Shown here: piece after piece, positions 53,975 to 64,000 of the stretch | How the letters are laid out: every line of letters starts with the position of its first letter | How positions within the stretch are numbered: position 1 is the first letter of the stretch | Source: Octopus bimaculoides | Taxonomy: Eukaryota | Length of the DNA: 64,000 nucleotides | Direction of reading: 5' to 3' | Assembly: GCF_001194135.2 (NCBI RefSeq) | Contig: NC_068981.1 | Location: 38,150,277-38,214,276 of the forward strand | Position numbers and translations under genes: made by a program | Notes under the pieces: model-generated | The model's input: only the letters and a program-made list of their open reading frames with translations | Databases searched by the model: none | What the model was told of the DNA's origin: nothing

Positions 53975-54479
53975 CTCGTTACTTGTTTCAGTCATTTGAC
54001 TGCGGCCATGCTGGAGCACCACCTTTAGTTGAGCAAATTGACTCCAGGACTTATTCTTTGTAAGCCTAGTACTTATCCTATTGGTCTCTTTTGCTGAACC
54101 GCTAGTTTATGGGGATGTAAACACACCAGCATCGGTTGTCAAGCGATGTTGGGGGGACAAACACAGACACACAAACACGCACACACACACATATACATAT
54201 ACATATATATGACAGGCTTCTTTCAGTTTCNNNNNNNNNNCCAGCATCGGTTGTCAAGCGATGTTGGGGGGACAAACACAGACACACAAACACGCACACA
54301 CACACATATACATATACATATATATGACAGGCTTCTTTCAGTTTCCGTCTACCAAATCCAGTCACAATAGCCTGAGGCTATAGTAGAAGACACTTGCCCA
54401 AGGTGCCATGCAGTGGGACAGAACTTGGAACCATGTGGTTAGTAAGCAAGCAACTTACTGCACAGCCACTCCTGTGCCT
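53975..54479 (-). mobile_element. SINE family C, full-length, with artefactual duplication across a 10-N gap
   Basis: Tail and tRNA-like head present; the 100 nt before the gap (from about 54126) are repeated after N 54231-54240. Confidence 0.9.
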
Positions 54480-54492
54480 ATATATAAAACAT

Positions 54493-54533
<41 letters not shown>

Positions 54534-55079
54534 CATTTTATTTATATATATAAAACATATATATATGTATATAATATATTTTATATATATATATAAAACA
54601 TATGTGTGTATNNNNNNNNNNNNNNNNNNNNNNNNNNNNNNNNNNNNNNNNNNNNNNNNNNNNNNNNNNNNNNNNNNNNNNNNNNNNNNNNNNNNNNNNN
54701 NNNNNNNNNNNNNNNNNNNNNNNNNNNNNNNNNNNNNNNNNNNNNNNNNNNNNNNNNNNNNNNNNNNNNNNNNNNNNNNNNNNNNNNNNNNNNNNNNNNN
54801 ATTATAGTATATAATTTGGAAATTCCAATAGTTAAAATTAAATAAAACACTTATATAAGATTATACTAGAACTTGACAAAATAATTGAAACAACACTGCA
54901 TTTTCCATTCCAAGATTTTGATGTTATCATTTAGAAATTCATGTAATCATTAGGAGTTCTTTTGTTTAGAACAAAATAAACAAGTTCAAAAATAAACCCT
55001 GACACTTTCCAGTTGTGAGAGGATGAGAATTCTTGACATTTTTAATCAAATACTGAAAGGAATTTGTTTACAGCAGATC

Positions 55080-55081
55080 AA

Positions 55082-55142
<61 letters not shown>

Positions 55143-55157
55143 GTTGTTGTTGTTGTT
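55080..55157. repeat. (AAT)n plus (GTT)n microsatellite
   Basis: Directly visible. Confidence 0.97.
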
Positions 55158-55683
55158 GGATAGAAGTGGTGGCCCATGAGAACAGTAGTGTGAAAACTGA
55201 TACATCACTGTATTTAGCTTGCAATTATGTAGATGCAATTTGCTATGCATCTCCAGTACAAATTTTTGGACTGAAGTTTACAAAATTATTATTATATTGG
55301 GTGTTATCTCACAGTATGATTGTGGCTTTATCTTTAACAAGTACTGAAATTTATAGGTGTTTAAAGTAGATCCACATTTTCATATTTTTATAGACATATT
55401 ATTGCATGTTTTAGACATATGACCCAGTTCAAGTTCATGAACTTTAAATAAATACAGTGTCAGTCGCATGTACTTATTATCAAAAAGTTTGATATCTGAG
55501 TGTTGCACAATTAGAACAGTCTATATATTCCTTTGTTCTTTTACCAGTTTCAGCTTAAAAGCTGCAGTCATGCTGAGGCACCAGCATTAGTTTTGCTACA
55601 CTTTCATTACTTGACACTTCCTCTGATAAGTGGCCTTTAGTAAATGAGAGAGTTTAATGTTTCTGTCCTTATTTGCATTTCCT

Positions 55684-55862
55684 GCTATGAGGTCTGGTCA
55701 TCTGGAACTCCATGTAGGTCTCTAAGGCTTCTTGGGAGCATACTGAAGAGCTGTGGGCCCTTGAAATCCAAGTTGTTACAGTATCTAGTCCTGTGCCTTG
55801 ATGGCAATGTTGCAATCTTTGCTACTATGCAATGGCACCATGTTCTGGTGTTTGTGTAACTT
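55684..55862 (-). mobile_element. CR1/L2-group LINE, C-terminal ORF remnant
   Basis: Minus frame RTWCHCIVAKIATLPSRHRTRYCNNLDFKGPQLFSMLPRSLRDLHGV resembles the GP.LFN.LP..LR motif of CR1/L2 ORF2 ends. Confidence 0.65.
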
Positions 55863-56221
55863 ATAATGCCAAAGTTTGATTCATGTCCTTGAATTTTCCT
55901 TCATTGCCTTGACAATTTCTTGTGTAGTTTATCATCTTTAGTTTTCACTCTCACATATTTACAATATACATATTGTATTTATTTCCGTAATATATAGACT
56001 GCATCATTTCACAAGTTATTTTAAGTATATTTCATAATCTCTTTCAGCTCATGGTAACATATAAGCAAATGATTTATCTTTATAGCCCTTTAAAGTATGT
56101 CAGAGCAGTTTATTTTCATTAATATGGCAGTATGTAGTATGTAGTAGAACATAACTTGTCACTGAACCTATGTCATGTTTGTACCATCTACTCTGTATTG
56201 TTGCCAGAATCTCCAGTGCCT

Positions 56222-56446
56222 ATCATCATCATCATCATCATCATCATCGTTTAATGTCCGCTTTCTATGCTAGCATGGGTTGGACGATTTGACTGAGGAC
56301 TGGCGAGCCAGAAGGCTGCACCAGGCTCCAATCTGATCTGGCAGAGTTTCTACATTTGGATGCCCTTCCTAACGCCAACCACTCCGAGAGTGTAGTGGGT
56401 GCTTTTACATGCACTCTCGGAGTGGTTGGCATTAGGAAGGGCATCC
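56222..56446 (-). mobile_element. Family B repeat, young copy with terminal fold-back
   Basis: Reverse complement about 96 percent identical to 50055-50227 by manual alignment; 56412-56446 is an inverted copy of 56358-56392. Confidence 0.9.
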
Positions 56447-56978
56447 GCCAACTCAGTTCCACCTATAGATACATTCAGGGTTTCACCAAATTCACATGAA
56501 CTAAAGAAGTGGTCGATTTTCTCTTCATATCTACATACAGTTAATTGTCAATGATGAAATCATTGCTTTAACAGTTTGTCTGATACTACTATTATACAGT
56601 TGAGATAAGATAGTTTAAAAAAGGCATGAATATTAACTAATATAAGAAGTGAAGCAATATCCAGGACCTACAAATCAAATTTCAATTTACATAGTCAATT
56701 TGCTAAGGATAGCAAATGAGTTTACATTAATTTGTACTCATCTTAAATGGAAAAAAGTCATAATGGATAAACTAGAAACTGATACTTCTAGAAAGATGGA
56801 GTAGTCATGATTGAAATTCGTTTGACTGTAGATCTGTTGGATCAGATTTTAGCTGTGGTTGAACAAAAAGGAAAACATCAAAAGGGAATATTTAGAAAAC
56901 AAAGCCAAAAGATGATTGAGGAAAACATGAGCATAAACAGGAAAGGTAATGCAAAACAGTTTTGCAATATATATATAG

Positions 56979-57118
56979 AAGGTAGGGAGCTGGCAGAATT
57001 GCTAGAATGCCAGGTGAAATGCTTAGCAGCATTTCATCCATCTTTACATTCTGAGTCCAAATTCTGTCAAGGTCAGGTTTGCCTTTCATACTTTCAATAT
57101 CGGTAAGATAAGTACCAA
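56979..57118 (+). mobile_element. tRNA-derived SINE, family A
   Basis: aaggtagggagctggcagaattgctag...ttctgagtccaaattc...gcctttcatactttc...gataagtacca. Confidence 0.8.
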
Positions 57119-57272
57119 AGTTGTTAGGTGCATGAATTTGTGGGAGGTAATAGGTGGTGGGTATATGGATTGTTGTAGATTATAAGGTTGGTAGCAGTGG
57201 AATAGGGGGAGAACAAGAGATGAGATATTTTAGAGTAGTGGACATCAAAAGTTGGTGGGTAGGGTGAGGAAG

Positions 57273-57597
57273 ACATGGCTTAATGGTAAGAGCATCGGGC
57301 TCATAATCATGAGGTAGTGAGTTCAGTTACCAGACAGGACTGCATGTTGTGTTCTTGAACAAGACACTTTATTTCACATTGCTCCAGTTCACTCAGCTGT
57401 ACAAATGAGTTGCAATGTCACTGGTGCCAAGCTATATCAGCCTTTGTCTTTCCCTTGGATAAGATCAGTGGCGTAGAGAAGGGAGGCTGGTATGCATGGG
57501 CAACTGCTGGTCTTCCACAGACAACCTTGCCCAGACTTTTGCCTCATCAGGTAACTTTCTAGGTGCAATCCCATGGTCATTCATGACTGAGGGAGTC
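57273..57597 (+). mobile_element. tRNA-derived SINE, family D
   Basis: tRNA-like head gacatggcttaatggtaagagc...gagttc, CORE-like ttgaacaagacactttatttcacattgctccagttcactcagctgt; matches 10215-10545 inverted. Confidence 0.85.
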
Positions 57598-57619
57598 ATT
57601 ACTTTTTTCAGGATGAGGT

Positions 57620-58100
57620 CTGATGGAAGAGTTCAGTAGTAAAAATGGTCATTCAATTAGCTTAATACTTTCTCTCTAAAAGCATCTTTCTGACATACAA
57701 TTATCACAGCATCATTTTCAGCTGGGTTGATCACAGTGTCATTATGGCAAAATGCAGAGAGTTTAGCAGGATTTATGTTCAGGCAGTGATAACATTTCCA
57801 GAATTCAAAACAGTTCACCAAGAGAATTTACAGATTGGTAATAGTGTCCAGAACTATGAATTGGCATAAGCCAATGTTCTGCCGGATTGTTGGCAGCTGA
57901 GGCTTGTAAAATTATCAGAACTGTAGAGATCAGGTGAATGATCATGGCAGATTTGCTTGTTGTAGGATTTGCTCAATGATTGAGCTGGAAGAAATTTGTC
58001 AGGACAAGAAGTCAGTAGTATGAACCAGTGGTCTCTAGAGAGAAGGGAGCATTCAGTTTCAAAAAGAGTTAAATCAGAAGGTAAGATGATGACAGTTCTA
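57620..58100 (-). mobile_element. Probable decayed LINE endonuclease region
   Basis: Minus frame near 58030-57950 reads WFILLTSCPDKFL...HDHS, resembling APE LDLFLTS.P...SDHS; heavily degraded. Confidence 0.35.
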
Positions 58101-59679
58101 AGGGAGGAGTGGGGGGGGAGATGCTAAAGAATTAGAAGGGGCAGGGTGTGAAGCTGCCAAAAAATTAGAAGGGGCTGGAAAAGAAGAATGAGAGATGTTG
58201 AAAGAGGCATGGTAAAGAGAGACTGAAAGAAGTTTGAACACCTTGGTATAGGAGAGGAATAGAAATTGTTAGTGGTTGAGCTGGTGGTTGAAATGGGTTA
58301 TGTCTTGGACAAGTGGTAGAGAGAAGGTGGGAGAAAGGAGAAGGTGGGTGTAAAGGAGAGTATGTACAAGCATAAGAGAGTATGTACAAGCATAAATCAC
58401 AATGCCAGTTTCTGGTTCAGTGATCCACCACTTTAATTATATGTGTTTGCATGCTGGTTTGCATTTATGTGAGTGTTTGTATGTGTGTGTTTGTGTGTAT
58501 GTAGGTATGTATGTATGTATTTATGTATATGCAAAAATACACTTGCTTTCCTTTTGTCAAAATAGTTTGAAAAGTTGCCAAAATTCTGAAAATATTGATA
58601 TGAATGTTTTATATTAGATTCATTAGATTCATTTATAGCTGCAAATCATAATCACAAACTGCTAACAATTTCAATTTTAAGCTAGTCTGAGCCAAGTTCA
58701 AAAAAATTTTAATGTTTGATGAAATCTAAAACACAATGCTATTTATTGGATCAATAATCCTTCACCTTAATTATCTACAAAGTATATAATTCCCTAAATG
58801 CATATTTACAATAAGTGGTCTTTAAATGAATGTAAAACAAAAATAGAGAGAAGTGTAATTGCGTAGTTCATGCATATTTTTCTTCATATTATCACTTCCT
58901 GGATAGAATAGAGAAAATATAACTCTTTTCAATTACGGGTCAAGTGTCTTCTTACATCTTTGCATGTTTGCTTAGTGGTTTGATTGCTAACACTGGCAAG
59001 AATATGGAGCCTCAAATTCTGTTCAAGATTTCCACAGAGAATAAACATGGCCAGGATTGTCGTCTATACTCACCAAATAATAAGATATTGGACATCAACT
59101 AATTTTCTTTTACTTAAAAGATTTCTTTTAATCTATGATATAATTTTTTTTTTATCGCTTTAATATTCAGAACATTATATTGACATTCAACCAATCAATG
59201 CTTAATTATCTTATGTTGATGACTCTTCATAATAACTTATTTTGTCCTTAGTTACATTACTCAGTGCTCCAGCCAACCCTTTATCACTATATATACACTT
59301 TCATATGTTGAATGGACAATTAAATGACTAATAATACTTCAGCAAGTTATATTTCATATGCCTGCAACTTATACTAAATTGTTCTAATGAAAATAAACAT
59401 GCTTGGGATTATTTTGCATATTTACAGAAGAAAGAATATTATTCACCAATATATTTCTTCTATCATATAAGCTGATCCTACTTTGGCCTTTTCCTGTTCC
59501 GAGCTAAATTCTGAAAATATTGATATGAATGTTTTATGTTAGATTCATTTATAGCTGCACATGATAGTCACAAAATGCTAATAATTTGTTCATTTAATTG
59601 CTTGAAACAGTTAAATAAACAGAAGCATAGGCACTGTTAGAGAAAATTTTATGTAGTTCATGTACAACTAGGCTGTGTG

Positions 59680-59816
59680 TTAGTATGCCAGGCAAAATGC
59701 TCAGTAGTATTTCATCTGTCTTTGCATTCTGAATTCAAATTCCACCAAAGTCGGCTTTGCCTTTCAGCCTTCAGGTGTTGATAAAATAAGTACTAGTTGA
59801 ACACTGGAGTTGATAT

Positions 59817-59820
<4 letters not shown>
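59680..59820 (+). mobile_element. SINE family A, 5'-truncated
   Basis: ggcaaaatgctcagtagtatttcatctgtc...gaattcaaattccacc...gcctttcagccttc...gataaaataagtactag; (tta)n tail follows. Confidence 0.75.
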
Positions 59821-59854
<34 letters not shown>

Positions 59855-59874
59855 CATCATTATTATTACCCTTA

Positions 59875-60270
59875 TGATGATGAGGAGGAGAAAGAGGGAC
59901 GACGAGGGGAAGAGGAAGGGTAAGATGGGGAGGAGAGGGAGAAGGAAGTGGAAGAAGAGGAAGCAGAGGAGGGAAAATGGAAGGAGGAGGGAAAAGGNNN
60001 NNNNNNNNNNNNNNNNNNNNNNNNNNNNNNNNNNNNNNNNNNNNNNNNNNNNNNNNNNNNNNNNNNNNNNNNNNNNNNNNNNNNNNNNNNNNNNNNNNNN
60101 NNNNNNNNNNNNNNNNNNNNNNNNNNNNNNNNNNNNNNNNNNGAGAGAAGAAGTGGAGGGAGGAGGAGGGAGAAGAAGAAAGAGGGAGGAGGAGAGAGAA
60201 GGGGAGGGAGGAGGAGAGAGAAGAAGGGGAGGGAGGAGGAGAGAGAAGAAGGGGAGGGAGGAGGGAGAAG
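59875..60270. repeat. Purine-rich (GGA/AGA) low-complexity tract with N gap
   Basis: Directly visible; explains the RREEG and PPSS ORFs. Confidence 0.95.
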
Positions 60271-60859
60271 TAGCTCATCAGTCTTGTATGGAGGATGTTT
60301 GGACATCTAGGAAGACTAAAAACAAAACCTTTTGAAAGATGGATGAGCTCCTTGTAGACCAACAGCCAACTTATTTGAGAAAGTAATGGCACTACTCCTA
60401 TATCTCTGCCAAGAAAACACTGTGAGAAAATCAGAACAAGGTAACACTATGGCTTTATCTGATGGGAGGACTCACACTTAATTGGGAAGACTTTTGTTGT
60501 AATATCATCAACACACTGCAAAAATGTGCGACAAGTGACAATGATGACCCCATCATCAGAAGGAATAAATATTGGCACCTGAAGATACTCTGTACATATG
60601 AACATAAAGCCCCATCATAATAAAGGCAGAGAAAGTAGGAGTGGTAAGTAATAGAGAAGGAAATAGAAGACTTAGAAGTAACCCCCCTCTCGCACTTCTA
60701 ATACTATTTTGATCTTGTTCTTACTTTGACAGGTTTTCTGGGTTTTCCAGTTTAGTTGCCAATAACCAAACCATGCAACAAGTTGTACTGGGTTAGATTG
60801 TACCAGTAGCACTTAAGAATGACCTTCCATTGTATGACTCATCCTAGCCCTTTCTTATA

Positions 60860-61270
60860 CTCACCAACTTGTACCTTGAGAGTTTGCTCTGGCACCCCTT
60901 CACTACCTTCCTTTTATCTCCTTCTCGGTTACTCCCACCAACCCATATATGTAATGTTGGATAGCCATGTACCACCTTTATAGCAAAGAATCCATGCTTG
61001 TCTCTCTGTTATACTTTAGCCTTTCAACATCTGGCATAAAGCCACCTTCCCCTCTCAAATACTCCTCATTTAATAGTGGAGTTTTTTTTCCTTTTCCCCC
61101 ATCCTTGGACTTTTTCTCTCTTGCAAGTTACATGGCAACTTTAGGAAGGGCATCAAGCTATAGAAATTATGCCAAAACTGACACTGAATCTCAATGCGGT
61201 CTTGCAGCTCACTAGATCTCATCAAATTATCCAATTTATACCAGCATGGAAAGTAGATATTAAATGATGG
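60860..61270 (+). mobile_element. Family B repeat, long decayed copy
   Basis: gttggatagccatg...catctggcataaagccacc...ttaggaagggcatcaagctatagaaa...ccagcatggaaagtagatattaaatgatg. Confidence 0.7.
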
Positions 61271-61429
61271 TGATGATGATGATGATGATGATGGTAATGA
61301 TGAAGATGATGGTGATGATGAATGATGAAATATCATACATGTATGTGTGGGTGCATGTATGGTATATGCGTGTGTGCATATGTGCATGTTCATATATGTG
61401 TGTGCATAAGTGTGTGTATATGCATATGC

Positions 61430-61468
<39 letters not shown>

Positions 61469-62142
61469 AATGTGTATGTTTGTGTGTAACAGATACTTTG
61501 CATTTCAAACTGTTAGAGGAAATAACAACTATGAAATGCTCTCTCCCATATTAAAGTTTAGCAAAGTGATTGAGCTGTTACTATACTTCACTACTGGTTC
61601 ATATAATGGTTTGTGTAAACATTAGAAAAACAAAAACATAAAGGAGAATACAGGCAGATAACCTTCTTAAATATGTGCCTATTAACAATAATCAGCTTCT
61701 GCAGATCTATGACTTAAATCAATTATCTTAAATAAGATGAATAAACTGTAAAATGAAGTAAGAAATTTTTAAAAATACACATTTAGACTATCTTAGTTTA
61801 AATTGTATTAGATTATCTGTTTTAAATTGTTGAAAATATGTTTTCATTCAGTTGCGAACTGGAGATAATTTTGAAATCTTACACACACACTCTAAAACAT
61901 GAATGCTTATTCTCTTTTATCTTTCTGTTTTCCTAATATTAAATATATATACACACACACACATATGTATGTATATGCATACATATATATATTTATGTAT
62001 ATCTTCTAGTTTATGTCTCTCTTTCTCATAAACTTCATAAATATGTGTGCATGTGTGTGTGTGTTTGTGTGTGTGAGTGTGTCCACCCATGCTAGCATGG
62101 AAGGTGGATGTTAAACAATGATGATGATGATGATGATGATGA

Positions 62143-62195
<53 letters not shown>

Positions 62196-62685
62196 TGAAG
62201 TAATTGGAGTCAGGTGGAGGGAGTACAGTTGGACATTGGTTTATTATTTGCTACAATTGTTTCAGTGCAACGTAATTCTCCAAGAATACAAGTATTTGAT
62301 TATGCAGCTGCTTGTTTGCATAATGAGATCTAGTCGTGTTTCCTCAGGTGATATACAAGTTTGGTCTCTGTTAGTTTAAAATCGTCGACTTCAAGGCCAT
62401 CTCTCTTTGTAGTCGTTTGAATTTAGTTGCAGCTGAAATACCCATGGTGTGAGCTGTAAGAGCATGTTTGTCCAACTGCTATGAAAGGTAGTAGATGGTA
62501 CAGGCTAGCCTTTAAGTGGGGATTGTCTTCTATTTGGTAATATTACCATAGTAGAGGCTCTTTTCAGATTTTATCAACAATTTTTCCCGTGATTGTGATT
62601 TGAGAAGACATACAGAAGTATACTAAAGATCGGACATAATCTCATGTAAGCAAGAAATGTAAAATAAAGTTTCGCAGGTATGGCC

Positions 62686-63019
62686 CTCGTGCCAGTTGCA
62701 TGTAAAAAGCACCCATTACACTCTGGGAGTGGTTGGCATTAGGAAGGGCATCAAGCTGCAGAAACTCTGCAAGATCAGATTGGAGTCTGGCTTGCCAGTT
62801 CCTAGTCAAATCATCCAATCCATGCTAGCATGGAAAGTGGACGTTAAATGATCATCATCATCATCATCATCGTTTAACGTCCGCTTCCCATGCTAGCATG
62901 GGTTGGACGATTTGACTGAGGACTGGTGAAACCGGATGGCAACACCAGGCTCCAGTCTGATTTGGCAGAGTTTCTACAGCTGGATGCCCTTCCTAACGCC
63001 AACCACTAAGAGAGTGTAA
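62686..63019. mobile_element. Two family B copies joined tail-to-tail (plus 62686-62849, minus 62850-63019)
   Basis: Centre reads ggacgttaaatg-(atc)n-gtttaacgtcc; arms are reverse complements. Confidence 0.9.
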
Positions 63020-63552
63020 TATATATATATATATATATATATATAAGAAAGCACACAACTACATGCATGATCTCTTTAGTACTTAGTTCTTTATTTCTGA
63101 TAAATGATGATGATGATTATAAAAAACACAAACACTTCATAATTTAATAGCTTTCAATGTGATACCTGTTAAACAGAAATTATTTTTATTTAGTGAAAAT
63201 TTAATAAAATCTAATCATAAGTAAGTAAAATTATGCTAAATACAACTAAACTGAAAACCTAACCCACTGGCCATTCCGGCAATTCTGAAAACTTTGGGTA
63301 CGAATTTTGCATGAGTGGAAGCTTTTTTAACAATTTTTATCCTGAAAATCACCTGTGAAAATTACACAGGTGTGCAAACTTCATGGATTTTTAGCTATAT
63401 CACTTGGTGGATCTATAAACAATTGTATCTAGGCTTCTCAAGTAAATGTGCAAGTACTTTCAGAGAATAACAGTGGCATACTAAATGCACCTCACACATT
63501 AGTCAGTGCATTTTCATGTTTAAACACAAATACTTTAAAAAAGATTGCATGA

Positions 63553-64000
63553 TCTTTAACTTCTCTCTTTGTGAGATTTGACTTACCACCAAATAAGTTT
63601 GATAGTTATCTCTATAACATCATTTGCTTTTTCTTCTTCTACCAAACATGCAATAAAATGAGTATTACATCATTCAGGAAAAATATTTCTAAGTACCAAA
63701 AGAGAAAAAGGTTCTTACAACAAAACCGCAAGAACATGATAACACCGTATGAGGAGTTAAAACTCGCAGATATCATCCATCAGGAATATAACTATATAAA
63801 CCGAGCCTGTAACAAACACTTCAGCAACAAATTGAAATGGATGAGACAACAACAACCTCAACACACAGGAAACAAAGACAAATACCCAAATAACATCAAC
63901 GGGATTCTGATGTCGGACTGCGAACTACCGGAGATATACAATGACATCGCAAACGAAAATAGTCACACACCTGGAATGTATGGCTCAGTACTACTGGATG
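63553..64000 (+). mobile_element. Open frame running off the window (ATG at 63658), probable Penelope-like retroelement ORF N-terminus
   Basis: No stop from 63553 to the window end; MSITSFRKNISKYQKRKRF...KLKWMRQ...PGMYGSVLLD; about 10 CpGs in 63721-64000. Absent from the ORF track because it has no stop. Family assignment is from recall only. Confidence 0.5.

Noticed and set aside
54126-54340. 100-nt direct repeat, plus short mirrored gap edges at 14150-14180 and 5680-5730
   Set aside because: Identical sequence either side of 10-N gaps indicates unmerged contig overlap, not biology.
57273-57340. tRNA-like sequence with a CAT triplet in the loop
   Set aside because: It is the head of a SINE; no acceptor stem, and the triplet varies among copies.
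63350-63372. 8-bp hairpin cacctgtg/cacaggtg
   Set aside because: Too short to be significant alone in 64 kb.
1-64000. CRISPR arrays, rRNA, operons or prokaryotic defence systems
   Set aside because: No regularly spaced repeat-spacer arrays, rRNA signatures or gene-dense coding; the DNA is eukaryotic and repeat-rich.

Overview
This window is AT-rich, repeat-dense eukaryotic non-coding DNA (a large intron or intergenic region) from a gapped draft assembly with 10 N-gaps. The interspersed repeat families and the abundant CA/TA/AAT/ATG microsatellites match what I recall of Octopus (coleoid cephalopod) genomes; this is an inference, not a database result. No intact protein-coding gene, rRNA, tRNA gene or CRISPR array is visible, and almost all ORFs in the supplied track are microsatellite, N-run or chance artefacts. 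What the sequence supports: decayed LINE remnants (RTE, APE+RT, CR1/L2-like), several tRNA-derived SINE families, a multi-copy RTE-tail-like repeat, TTAA-type MITEs, a mariner 3' end, and a CpG-rich open frame running off the right edge that looks like a young Penelope-like element. A few short exon candidates (50.5-53.3 kb) cannot be confirmed and fall on conflicting strands. The most interesting structural items are dsRNA-forming repeat arrangements and one pre-miRNA-like hairpin. I found no convincing novel multi-gene system.
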